A stretch of 64,000 bases of DNA from Ylistrum balloti (taxonomy: Eukaryota). Each line of letters begins with the position of its first letter. Positions within the stretch are counted from its first letter, which is position 1. The stretch lies in NCBI RefSeq assembly GCF_031769215.1, contig NW_026782016.1, positions 1,054,001-1,118,000 on the forward strand. Direction: 5' to 3'. Positions 1 to 13,150 of this stretch are shown here, in pieces. The translations under genes were made by a program, and so were the position numbers. The notes under the pieces are model-generated. The model was given only the letters and a program-made list of their open reading frames with translations. It was not told the origin of the DNA and did no database searches.

Positions 1-652
1 CCCATAAGAGCTGGACATGTTTGATTCTCGCAGGTTACCCTGATGCTATCATTGTTGTTAACAGGTTTCTCACTTGGAAACGTAATACTGTTTACTTGGA
101 TGACAAAGATTTACATGGCGAGAGTCGTCGATGAAGCAGAAGATGCTTACTCTTCTGAAACACCAAACCTTATTCTCCTTGTACATTTCAGTAGTCTCTG
201 TATAAATCTTTCTTTTGATCATATATATTGCCGTATTTCAAACGAAACTGTATTTGAATTATGACTCTAATATTATTTTCTTTGTTTTTATCGACACGAA
301 ATTATATTAGTTATATGTAATGTTATACGACTTCAAGCAGTACTGGATATTATTCAAGATATCTTAACAAATGATCGTAAAAACCTAGAAAACCTGATTT
401 CGCTTCGATAAAGTAAAAAAGGAATTGAAATATCATAACAAAATGATAGAACAACTTTGAGACCAGTCTATGGAATCGTCACTTTGGAAACTTAGTTTTT
501 TCCATTATATTTACTGGGGAAAATGTAAACATTTGTAGTCATCGCTCATTGAAAAGAAAGCGTAACGGTAATCATGCAAAACGAGTAATTGTGTGGCCAA
601 CATCAGCTATCAACAGATGTTTATTTATCAATAAAAAGCAGAAACAGTCTTT

Positions 653-3206
653 TCATGTCGGTGGATTGACATCATAATCAAACATATGAAAATCCATTTT
701 AAACATTTCCTGGATCTGTGCAATTATTCGCCTTGGAATGTCTGCATAAGCCTTTACTAAAGCTTGTCTACGTTGATCCTTCCTCTCTACGCTGGATAGA
801 GGGTTCGTATACATTGCTGTTAAAACAGCTTTGATGAATTCGTCAACATTAACATCGCCCTTTTCCTGAAATGATGACAATGGAAAGGAAATATTTGTTC
901 TAATATAACCTTGTATCTTGAATGCTTCCCACATTTTCATAAAGTAGGCTAGTTTGTTACTACAGCATTGTTGCATCACATTGCGATCAATTGCCTGCCA
1001 CATCGTTTCTATAACCCCCTCCATTGTTTTATTTGTACCAGATCCATGAAACATTTTCGTTAGTGTTGTTTTCATTTCCCTACTAATATTCAGTTTATCT
1101 ATAATGTTCTCCGTATCTCTTGTCAGTGTCTCTTGCTTTATTACATAATTGTAATCTACATCACAAACTCTACATAAAGTGTAAACTGGACACCAGTGAC
1201 GGTTGATAGATCTTCCTTGAAGAGCATTTGTGGTTACACTTTCTACAAAATCTTGGAAAGAAATGTCATATCCACATTCACCAGCATCAGTTATAAACAG
1301 CCCTTTACCTAATGAGCGCGCTAGTGATTTAGCACTTGAAGCAAATCTTAAGAGGTAGAACTTGTCTATAAATGCAGAAAAAAGTCTTGAATATGGATCT
1401 CGGGAAACGACAACACCTTTCGTCCCCAGTGATTGATGATTTGGTGATAACGATATGGTAAGTTCGTTACTTATGCCGTGTATCTTGCTCCTGGAAATGC
1501 CAAATGCTTTAGTAGCCGGTATGCCTTTATCGACAATTAAAAGCACAATAGCCCAAAATGTACTTCCGGCTTTTGCAACTTTACAAATGCTTACGTTTAG
1601 TTTCGTTGATTGGAAAAATATTGCTCGACCTTGCCAATATTTGATTTTGTATTTGTCTATCAGATCAGTTCTGTCACATCCTTTCTGCAAATGGGTGACA
1701 CGATCATTCCATGCTTTCATTGTGCCTGTAGGATCGTCAGTGTAATGGGTATCCGTCTTGGTCTGATGTTGTTTGAATGCAATGTCCCTGACTGGAAGAA
1801 ACAGATATAAGTGTTAATTTAAAAAATTGGCATTTGATAAAAAGTTGACTATTGACGCCATATGACGCCATTATATTATGTATTACAGGTTTGCTGCTAT
1901 CATACACAAAATACTTTACTGTGATTTGCAGTGCTTAGACAAGAGGAAATCAGCAAAACAAATATCGACGAACACTGCTTTATCTTCTAAGAGACAGAAA
2001 ATAGCACAGGTCGCACTAAGATTTGACAAACTGCTTTGAGGTTAAGATATGTAACACCTTCTTTACGATTGTAATGATACTTTGATATGGTTCAATGACT
2101 GCAAATCGAATATGTGAAATGATTGGTCTCTTACATTGGTACCGCAGGCACACCAAATATTAACAGGGATGTTTTATCCCGTTTTATTGGCATTGGGAAG
2201 GAAATAACAGCTTACCGTAATTCAATCAATTTACTGAAACTATTCTAATACCCAAATATTGAAATGGATTACTGATGTTAGACACAATAATCGATTTCCT
2301 CAGGATAGTATCTTATTATGATCATGGACCATCTTCAGAAAAAAAATCCGTGGAGAATAGAATATATAACCTGATATCTAGGCATTGATTTATAACACAA
2401 AAACACTTCTTAACTAGATAATATCAGTTGTACAAGACAATACTACATGTTCGTAATGACCCATCACGTTCAGAAAGGAAAGGCATTGACATGAAAGAGA
2501 TAACCACACTTTAATCTCTAGTGAATCAATCATAACACATATACCGATCAATTGTGTTACAGTGCAATTAGCCATCCCCAAAATTCCCATTAGCATATCG
2601 AAAATTATTTTAATAAACTAAGGGCTTACGTGTATTTAACCCTACCTTGTTTGTCATCGAGAAATTCCCCATGTGCCGCGATAATTGAATATATATGCTA
2701 CGATATCTATATAGTATATATTGATGTGACATCCCTGTTCTGTCTTTTGTATTGAAAGACCATATCTCCATCTACAAACTCATTGCTCTCGATCATCAAG
2801 CAAGATGAAGTTCTTCCTACGTAGAATACCAAAAGACACTAATACCGAAAATGGTAATGATAGTGATCAAATTAACCCTAGGGATATGCCCATATAGTTA
2901 GTAAAATGCATTTTGTTTATTTCCTTTACAATATATGTACGTCGTATTTGTATCTAATCTAATCATTTCAGTCGTGCTTCTAGATATGTTTGCGTCTTGT
3001 CTAAATTTAAATCGTGTATTTGAATTCTAGTATTTGCTTTAATAAAAAGACACAGTTTATATATACTGTAAATAGAATTATGTTACATGAAATGAATGGA
3101 TCATTTACTCACCATCTTCATATTTAAGTTCACAGATATAAAAGAAACAAAATAAAATCACGGATATACATCCAACAACAGCACACCTGTATCTAGCTAT
3201 CCCCAT
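653..3206 (-). CDS. Carbohydrate sulfotransferase (Sulfotransfer_2; CHST11/HNK-1ST-like), copy 1; 2 exons, ~410 aa
   Basis: Exon 1 is 3206-3113 (MGIARYRCAVVGCISVILFCFFYICELKYED, a signal anchor; donor G|gtgagt, phase 1). Exon 2 is 1791-653 (acceptor tttcttccag, frame open into the 355-aa ORF). Family motifs: 5'-PSB CKVAKAGSTFW, 3'-PB SRDPYSRLFSAFIDKF, HWCPVYTLCRVCDVDYNYVIKQETL and terminal YKMDF-like MFKMDFHMFDY. Confidence 0.9.
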
Positions 3207-3904
3207 CGTATCAGACGAGACGACCAATATAATGTAGATATAGATGGTCTGTTTGACTATAATATGAAACGGTCAGCATTGGTAGTCAATCAATACAAAT
3301 CACACACTGCTAAATAGAAGTATACAGAACGGGACAGTTATTTATATATATATATAATAAGATTAGACTCAAATTCGCAAACTGCAGCTCGTTGACATAG
3401 TTAATCCAAGTGGAGTTCTTGTAGTTAACTCAAGCTGTTACATTTTAAGATAAAACTAAAACGTAACCAAAGGGATTTTAGACAAATCCTATTGATAAAC
3501 ATATACAAGATTTAAACACATGGGGATAGTCCAAATGTACATGAAACACAAATACGTGTAGCCTAGGGAGATTGTAATTGATCACTTTATATTGATTCAG
3601 TAATCGGTTTTGGTGAGGTTTAGTGGCATCACGTGATTTTGACACATGATATCAGTCTTATGAATACCAGAGGTAAATGTGTAAGAATCAAATGCACGTG
3701 TTTTATATTCAGGGACAGATGTGCATGTGCATGTCGATTTATGACATTATTTGTATTATAACTGTAAAATAAGTATATGCCCATAAAATAAATGAAGTAT
3801 TTAATCAGCCGACGATTAACGACAGAAATCTTTCATATAGCCCCCATATAACAGTTGACAGCAACCATCCATCATCATTTAGATTTCAACACTTGTCCAC
3901 CATC

Positions 3905-5565
3905 CTTTAGATCACACCAACTGTCCACCATTCTTTAGATCACACCAACTGTCCACCATCCTTTAGATCACACCAACTGTCCACCATCCTTTAGATCACA
4001 CCAACTGTCCGCCGTCCTTTAGATCACACCAACTGTCCACCGTCCTTTAGATCACACCAACTGTCCACCATCCTTTAGATCACACCAACTGTCCACCATC
4101 CTTTAGATCACACCAACTGTCCACCATTCTTTAGATCACACCAACTGTCCGCCATTCTTTAGATCACACCAACTGTCCGCCATCCTTTAGATCACACCAA
4201 CTGTCCGCCATCCTTTAGATCACACCAACTGTCCGCCATCCTTTAGATCACACCAACTGTCCGCCATTCTTTAGATCACACCAACTGTCCGCCATCCTTT
4301 AGATCACACCAACTGTCCGCCATCCTTTAGATCACACCAACTGTCCACCATCCTTTAGATCACACCAACTGTCCACCATCCTTTAGATCACACCAACTGT
4401 CCGCCATTCTTTAGATCACACCAACTGTCCGCCATTCTTTAGATCACACCAACTGTCCGCCATCCTTTAGATCACACCAACTGTCCGCCATCCTTTAGAT
4501 CACACCAACTGTCCGCCATCCTTTAGATCACACCAACTGTCCGCCATTCTTTAGATCACACCAACTGTCCGCCATCCTTTAGATCACACCAACTGTCCGC
4601 CATCCTTTAGATCACACCAACTGTCCACCATTCTTTAGATCACACCAACTGTCCACCATCCTTTAGATCACACCAACTGTCCACCATTCTTTAGATCACA
4701 CCAACTGTCCACCATCCTTTAGATCACACCAACTGTCCATCATCCTTTAGATCACACCAACTGTCCACCATCCTTTAGATCACACCAACTGTCCACCATC
4801 CTTTAGATCACATCAACTGTCCACCATCCTTTAGATCACACCAACTGTCCACCATCGTTTAGATCACACCAACTGTCCATCATCCGTTAGATCACACCAA
4901 CTGTCCACCATCCTTTAGATCACACCAACTGTCCACCATCCTTTAGATCACACCAACTGTCCACCATCCTTTAGATCACACCAACTGTCCACCATCCTTT
5001 AGATCACACCAACTGTCCACCATCCTTTGATCACACCAACTGTCCACCATCCTTTAGATCACACCAACTTTCCATCATCCTTTAGATCACACCAACTGTC
5101 CACCATCCTTTAGATTACACCAACTGTCCACCATCCTTTAGATCACATCAACTGTCCACCATCCTTTAGATCACACCAACTGTCCACCATCCTTTAGATC
5201 ACACCAACTGTCCATCATCCGTTAGATCACACCAACTGTCCACCATCCTTTAGATCACACCAACTGTCCACCATTCTTTAGATCACACCAACTGCCCACC
5301 ATCCTTTAGATCACACCAACTGTCGACCATCCTTTAGATCACACCAACTGTCCACCATCCTTTAGATCACACCAACTGTCCGCCATCCTTTAGATCACAC
5401 CAACTGTCCACCATCCTTTAGATCACACCAACTGTCCGCCATCCTTTAGATCACACCAACTGTCCACCATCCTTTAGATCACACCAACTGTCCGCCATCC
5501 TTTAGATCACACCAACTGCCCACCATCCTTTAGATCACACCAACCGTCCATCATCCGTTAGATCA
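3905..5565. repeat. 28-bp tandem satellite/minisatellite, ~59 units (ctttagatcacaccaactgtccaccatc)
   Basis: Directly visible head-to-tail units with period 28 (3961, 3989, 4017...). There are no spacers. Variants are mainly ccacc/ccgcc and atc/att. Confidence 0.98.
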
Positions 5566-5932
5566 AATCACTTGAAAATGATCAATTAAATTATATTTTC
5601 ACTGTATGACATTCTAAAGACGTATCCTTACTAAAGATTTTTGTGTATTACCAGCTCATGAACTGCCAACGGTATAAGAATACCGAAAGCTCTCCGTAAG
5701 TTAGAGATAAGTGTCCAAGCACAGTGCTACTAAGCAATTGTTTTGGTCCTGACAGTTACTGTATGATACTAACCTTTTGGAGTACCAAGATTTTTGCGGA
5801 GTAAAAAATAAATCAAAGTACCGAAAGTACTGAAAGGCTAAACGTATTGAAAAATGTTCACAAATAACCGCTAAGCTATATTACTTTCCCCATACTCCTA
5901 CACTTTGGAGCCAAGATCGGTAAATTTTGTCT

Positions 5933-5982
5933 GAAAGGCCGTCGCAATAGGCTATTCGTATTGAGAACGTTTAGTCTAAAAA
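5933..5982 (+). repeat. 50-bp hairpin-containing element end; inverted copy at 9777-9826
   Basis: gaaaggccgtcgcaataggctattcgtattgagaacgtttagtctaaaaa is the reverse complement of 9777-9826 with about 5 mismatches. Confidence 0.8.
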
Positions 5983-6159
5983 CAGAAAGATACAAACTTT
6001 ATTTTAGAACATGCCGCAATCAACACTTTGTTTGAAACCTTGATTAATAAGAGTGAGACATTAATGTACATATTTGAATGTCTTTCTTTTCAGGAATTAT
6101 GTTATTACAAGGTAAAACCTTTTCCGTCCTATTCAGTAGTAATCCTTTTATAACAATAT

Positions 6160-7668
6160 TTAGGTAGGTGGATCAATATCATAATTAAACAAATCAAAAT
6201 CCATTTTATACATTTGCTGGATCTGAGCTATGATTCGTCTAGGCATGTCTGCATAAGCCTTAACTAAAGCTCGTCTACGTTGATCCTTCCTCTCCACGCT
6301 GGATAGAGGGTTCGTATACATTTCGTCTAAAATAGCTTTGGTGAAGCCATCGACGTTGACATTGCTACTCTCCTGAAATGATAATGGAAATTCTGCATCC
6401 GTTCTGATATAACCTTGTAATTTAAACCCGTCCCATAAGTTCATGGCAAAGGCGAGTTTGTTGCTACAAGACTTTTTCATCAAAGGAGTATCAAAATCAC
6501 TCCACATTGTTTTTAAGACTACTTCAATCGGTTTCTTAGAATCAGATCCATGAAACAATTTCCACAGAGTTGCTTTTATTTCTGTAGTGGTCTTTAACTT
6601 TCCAATGATGTACTCCGTGTCTCGAGTTAATGTTTCTTGTTGTATAATGTATTGATACCCTATATCACAGGCTTTACACATTGTGTAAATAGGACCCCAA
6701 TGTCGGTCTATGTGTCCCCCTCGCAATCCATTTTTAGTTTCTTTATCCACAAACTCATGAAAGCTGATGTCAAAGCCGCACGGTCCCGCTTTCGTCATTG
6801 ACAATCCTTTTTGCAATGAATTCGCTAAATTATTAGAATATTCGACATTTCTTAGTAGAAAGATTTTGTCTACGAAAGCAGAGTATAATCTTGCATACGG
6901 ATCTCGAGAAACAACAATTCGGCTGGACTTCAATAACTCGTTATTGGACTGGACACGTTCCCCTTTAACCTTGTAATGTATTTCATGCCTTGGCGTGTTA
7001 AGTATACGTTCAGCTGATAAAGGTGTTTCTAGCATTAGAAACAATATAGCCCAAAGCGTACTACCAGCTTTGGGTACTTCACAAATACTAAAGTGATATT
7101 TTTTGAAGTATAGCAATTCTGTTTGACTTTGTCTGTTTTTAATAATGTATTTGTTCCTCTCCTCAGTCTTCTCACAGCCCTTCCTCAGGTGCTGAGTTCG
7201 CTCAGCAAATATTTTCTCCATCTTCATCGAGCTAACCTCTCTGTAATTGCGGCCCGACTGAACTTTCCTGTCTGAAAATAACAACATTTAAAGCTTAGAG
7301 GATGACATCGTTTGTGAATATTATTGCACACTGTGACTATGTACAACATATACTGTGAATATAGCTGTGCCATTTTGTGTATATGATTGTCTGTGAAATG
7401 TAACGTGAATACTTGAATTATTGTATTTTGCATATAATGTAAATATTTGTATGATTGCATATACATTCTGGTAATGAACACGTATTTAGTGAGTATTTGT
7501 GTTCTGATGAGTATTTCGATCTAAGAGTTTCTTATCAAGATGAGTTAATTGCCAAATACACATGTTAATCAGATACTCACATAGCGCTGTAAATATTCCG
7601 AAGTTGTAGTAAAGAAGGCCCAAAGATACCGTGGTATACACGACGTAAAGAAAACGCATCTTCTTCAT
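6160..7668 (-). CDS. Carbohydrate sulfotransferase (Sulfotransfer_2; CHST11-like), copy 2; 2 exons, ~399 aa
   Basis: Exon 1 is 7668-7581 (MKKMRFLYVVYTTVSLGLLYYNFGIFTAL, a signal anchor; donor T|gtgagt, phase 1). Exon 2 is 7271-6160 (acceptor ttgttattttcag). Motifs CEVPKAGSTLW, SRDPYARLYSAFVDK and HWGPIYTMCKACDIGY. Intron phase is the same as in copy 1. Confidence 0.92.
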
Positions 7669-9776
7669 TTGGTTATTTAGATAAAACACTGAAACGACTG
7701 CCAACTATTTTGGTGTGTACTGAACCAAATGAGCTATGCTGTTTTTTTTTCTAATAATAAGTTCGGAAAAGAAGACAGTGTCATTTTGTGTTTAAGGCCA
7801 TGCCTATTTGTTTTTTTTGTTACTCAGAGTAAATGAGTAGTGGATAAACCATATAAGACGGTTAAAGTATCATAGAATATGCACCAATGTGTTCACTTCT
7901 TTCAAATAGTGTAGTGGAAACTTTGACATTTTAAAATATGCCTTTTATTCACTAAGAATGTTTGCTACATGTTTGCCAGGATACAAGTTGGAAGTTGCTG
8001 CCATGTCTGCTTGGATGTTCTGATGTCACCACTCCACCGAATTCTACAGTTTTCAGATCCAACTAACAATTTTTCGAATTCTTTAAAATAAAGTAAAGAA
8101 ATAAAAAAAAGTTTAACACTAATAATGAAATTCAGATTCGTTAGGGTCAATATCAGCACAACAAAGTTTCTTCCCATTTTAAACGGCTGTATTTTCTACA
8201 TCTAGCAGAACTGATAATATTAAACGGCACCGCTATACACTCTGTGATAGTGATAGCGAAAGGGTAATAATAGTGTCACTGCTAATAATATGGTATAGAT
8301 GGGAACACAAGCATGGGACTCCTTTTAATTCTTTTTGGATGAAGTTAATAAAACATCTCAGAATCTGTCAATCTAGCGATAAGAATTATGAAATTATCTT
8401 AGTATTACCTTTTTACGCGGTATAAATACGTATGCATATCGTTACAACTTGTTTCCAATTTCTTTATTTCAAATAATGTATGTTTAAGACGCTTTCTCGC
8501 GTTTAATCAAATTATATACAAATTTTCTAAGAATTGGTTCACATACATAAATGTATATATCATGATTTGGATACTGGATAACAAATCTCACTTTTGAGTG
8601 GCTAGGATAGGAATTAAGTATCAAAATTTGAAGTCCAAAGTTTTCCAAAAAAAGTAGTAGAGGTGACATTTTGATTGAAGTACATGTCTAATGTCTTATA
8701 ACCACCAAAAACGGCATCCACTGCATTGTAGTTAACAACATATGGCCTAGAATGTTTAGTCGTTCTTCAGGTACGTATTTGGTGCCCTATTGCCGTGATG
8801 TTATCGTTTAACATGATGTGCTTGTTTGCCGTTAGGCTGCTAATTTAAGATTCTACAATTAAAATATATGTACATGCTTTGAAAAAAAATGATGTTCGTA
8901 TGCCCGAAAGTTGTTTTCACATATCTGAAATATCTAATGTTAATGACCGTAAGGTAGAAGTCGCTGAAGGCTATACTTAGGTTGACTACGGAAAGGTGAT
9001 ATTTTAGATAACTTCATTTACCCAGGACTTCCATTATGGCAAGCTTGTAACACTTATAAGTGTAAAATTAAAACTAAACCATACATTAGTCATGTAATTT
9101 TTTTCCCCGAAAAATCTTATATAGGAACCAATTCCAGCCCCAGGTGAAACGTACAAAAATCTTAGACGGAGACAAATGCTACAATCCGGTGAAACACAGA
9201 CAAAACTTAGATTGGGATAAATTCGGCCAGCAGGTAAGGTAAACGAATCAAACAGAAGAAATATTATCATATAAATCTACACGTAATAACAGCGAAATAA
9301 ACACATATACATTAGCAATATTCATGAACTGCACGATTCAAAGGAAAAATATGTTTCTTCTTTACACTGAAAAAATCATAAATAGTGATTTATCTAATAT
9401 TAAAGCATAAGACAAGAAATATACCGTTCTCTGATATCGTTAATGATACTAAAAGAGAGAACATCTTATCTTCTTTGATAATATGGACACAGTAGAGAAT
9501 TATATATATATATTTATATTACAAAGTTGATATTCTCAATGTCCGAAAATCGTCTAGCCAAGACTTACTATAACTGCCCCACCATCATATCACCACGATT
9601 TTCATATGAATGGCGAGGATGCATATATTTATATACATGTATATCTAAAACAGCAGATATGTCAGAATTAACTTTACTATAAAATATAGAAAAAATGTTC
9701 CGGATCAATATCACAAATACCGGGACTTATACACACAAATCATTCAATAAAATCTCAAATGTTTACCGAGATGTTC

Positions 9777-9826
9777 TTTTTAGGCTAAACGTACTCCGTA
9801 CGCATAGCCTATTGCGACGGCCTTTC
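9777..9826 (-). repeat. Inverted partner of 5933-5982
   Basis: tttttaggctaaacgtactccgtacgcatagcctattgcgacggcctttc, with an internal stem taggcta..cgtac..gtacg..tagccta. Confidence 0.8.
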
Positions 9827-10425
9827 CTGGCCTTCTCATTGGCTAAAATATCGAAAAGAGTTAGAGCCCTCTAGCGGCAATTTTCTGTGTAAATGATGCC
9901 GCGATCTTTCAAATCGCTATTTTAAAAGCCTCCAAAATTAGTTTTTAAATAAGAATACGAATTACTATATATTTCAGTGTGGTTGAACTATTGATAAATT
10001 CTGAACAATATATTTTACGGAATTCTCGACATGACGTAAGCGTACAGAACACTGTACGTGCGAGTTGGCGCCATGATAAGAAGCTAGTCTGGGGGCTTGG
10101 TTTGAATTATCAACTAACAGCACTTATAAACAAACAAAACTTACAAGCAGAACATCAATTTTGCTTTAATCCTTGACTTTGTGGCGAGATCGTCTTAATA
10201 TATAACATCACTTTACCTCATTAGACGTCACAATATTGGACTGTTCGTCCCACGCGCACACCCGCCGATATGACACTTTTTCAGGTTTTTCACACCCACC
10301 GCCATGACACTTTTTTTCAAGTTTACTACTTTCCTCAACCACGAATATAATTACAATACGTAAGGACTATTACTTTGCAATATATTTATATATATACGGA
10401 CGGTTTGAATTGCTATTTTATTGAC

Positions 10426-10426
<1 letters not shown>

Positions 10427-10476
<50 letters not shown>
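10427..10476. repeat. (TG)25 microsatellite
   Basis: Perfect TG run. Confidence 0.99.
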
Positions 10477-10478
<2 letters not shown>

Positions 10479-12319
10479 CCTAGAACTATGCTAATATCAA
10501 TAGCATACTTCGTTTCATTAGCTTACAGTATAATTTTGGTGATAATTTCTGCTATATGTTGGTTTCAACCGGTATACATTTCTTTTCTTTGAAGAGAAGT
10601 ATATATCAATATCTATATAGTATAAAGTTTAAATGTGGAGGGCAAAATCAATGTGCCATTATTAACTCAAGTCGTAACATTATTGTCCATATGCTGTTGC
10701 CAAGCAAAGCTCAATGGATACAGTCCATCGCTCCCGTCCGTAACGAGTTAAGGTCTTTTTTTTTAATGTTGTCCTGACAACCATATAACTCAAAGGCTTA
10801 GTTTGTTGATCAAGCTCGCGTATCGCTCGATCTAAGTATTTGTTTGCTACAAAACTGATCAATGACCTATACTAATAACAATTTTGTTGCCATGGTGATA
10901 TTGATCGGTTTTGCATTTTCAAATCATCCTAAAGTTACCGTGAAAAATCATCAAATCTGTACAATGTAAATTACTATGCTAGCTGAACCTCAGAGAAATC
11001 CTAAATCCATTATATAGTACATCGTCCGAGTCACTATTAATGTCACTCAGACTGATCAAATTATCGACCGTCAATAGTTCTTTCTTGCACAAGCGTTTCC
11101 TGACTAAACTCTTCAACGCTTTCAGAAAATTGTTCTTGATGGAATCCTTTATTGACGTGAATTCTGTGCTGACTTAATGCCATACATCCCGGTTGACACG
11201 ACAGAATGAGAAGCTTCAGATTCCAAAAGTTTATTTACATATAAGGCCACGTGGATGGGACTCGCCGGCAGAGTAGAAAAAAAAATGAAATCTACTACCT
11301 CCTTTCTCTCACATCATGTTTCTCGACCCTATGTCTTCAAAACCGACTAGAAGATCAATGCGAAATGTAAATGTGCTGATTATCCAAAACTGATGTTGTT
11401 TCTCTTCCGAAAGATGTAACATCTACATGTCACAGACTTTTACATTCTTTAAGATACCCATACAATTTTAATTTTCGCACCGTGTCACAAACCAACGTTG
11501 ATGGGGACACTTGCCAATCGTTAAACCCCACCTGTATCTTTATTGTAAGAAACAGTTAGTGGTCTTACTTAACTACATCTCTACAAAGTGGGGTTGTCTC
11601 GTGAGGACTTCTTATGGGACAAATTGTCACATTGGTATTGTTCCGACATTGGAAGTTTCAGTCGTCCAAAACTTTGGTAAAATTGACGTCACCTTTCTGG
11701 CGCTAATAGCTTAATATATTGTCCAGTCGCCATTGTCTTGGGATAATACAATTTCGACTTTGTCTACCGATCAAGTTTTAGTAACGTACATGTTTTATAA
11801 GTAGAACATTGAAATTAACGTAAAGAAAAGAGGTATGTTCTCATGATATTGCAAAAGAAAGTACTTGTAGAAGGCCTACTCTGTTTTTAAAAGAAATACG
11901 AAACACGTATTTTAAGATCATACTTTGCCTATTAAAAGAAAATGAATGAAAATTAAAACATTTCTCAAATTTCATATTCCAACAAAAAAAGAGTTACAAA
12001 TGTGTCGCAAATATGCATTTGTATAAACATATTAAGTCATTTAAAATAAATAATTACATATGTATACGAGTCGACTATTGATTTATATTATTGTCAGCTG
12101 TAAATAGAAATACTCCTCTTTTCTTAGCTTCTTCAATATCTTGTCTTTTAACAACAACACAATCAGCAAATCACTATGCCCATGAACACTGCTAGACGAT
12201 TGCAATTTTGTTTAAAATCTGTTTTGTGCTATCTTTAAGAAAGATGTTAAAAGTGAAGCAGAAAGATTCAGGTAAGTAATTAGTAAATATTTTATACAGT
12301 CCGTGGCGAGGGAACATAA

Positions 12320-13150
12320 CAATGAACAAAATTTGTGAGAACGAACAAATACTTTTCTAACAAGCAGTGTGGTTCATGCCTGGAAGACATGTTTGCAAAT
12401 ATTCGAAGTCTTGGATAAATGGAGAGAAGTTCTGGATAAAGAACTGGTTCACGGGTACATGTGGACTCATCTTCAATGGCATTTGAAAATAGCAAAATAC
12501 ACAAAAGCATTTTAGATTGAGTCTACAAGTACCTGTGGTTATATACATGAAGTCTGTATTTATATGGAGCTACCGGGAAGCTTTTGATGCAGTTCCAACA
12601 CAACAAACTCCTTAATAAATCAAAAACACATAGTTTATATTGAATGATCTTCTGGATATCGACATTCATGATAGGCTGACAACAAGAGCATCTGTAAACG
12701 GTGTATATTCCGAGTGGGCTAAACTTTAAAAAGTTACATCAGTCATCCCTCAAGGCTCCAGTTGCTCGGGCCAGTGATATTTGTATTTTTTAGTAATCTC
12801 CTTCGAGCGGTTCGGCCGGATCTATACCTATTTGCAGATGACATCAAATATTTTATCAACAAAATAAGAATAATGATGATAATTAACACACAAATAGGAC
12901 AGTGTCGAACTTCAAAAAGATCTCGAGACAATGTGTAAGTGGATTAGCACATTGTTACTTAGCATACAGACAGAAAACTAGCAGAGGGCAAAATGAATAT
13001 GAGCCAATCTAACCTCTCGGTGGAAAATATAGTGGTAACAGAAGATTCATATCTATCATTCGATGAACACATGATCAGCAAAAGTTACAAAAAAAAAAAA
13101 ACAACACAGAAAAAATCTTCATTCGAACTTCTCCGGAGGACATGGATATA
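12320..13150 (+). mobile_element. Decayed CR1/L2-type non-LTR retrotransposon, reverse transcriptase fragment
   Basis: Frameshifted but ordered RT motifs: KQCG(F)MPGR...QIFEVLDKWREVLDK, Y(R/K)EAFDAVP, IPQGS.LGP, YLFADDIK, KDL..MCKW, and L.FDEH. Multiple stops and indels. Confidence 0.75.

Noticed and set aside
1-264. Coding exon at the window edge
   Set aside because: Short open frames exist on both strands with no recognisable motif or consistent splice sites; flanking sequence is needed.
2216-2370. Cassette exon in the sulfotransferase-1 intron (AG...GTAAG bounded)
   Set aside because: Stops in all three frames.
2414-2890. Relic alternative signal-anchor first exons for sulfotransferase 1
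   Set aside because: Hydrophobic stretches are present but are interrupted by stops or lack a phase-1 donor; AT-rich DNA gives such stretches by chance.
3905-5565. CRISPR array (also considered for the 30-, 42- and 46-bp repeats)
   Set aside because: Units are head to tail with no unique spacers, no cas genes are present, and the DNA is intron-containing eukaryotic sequence.
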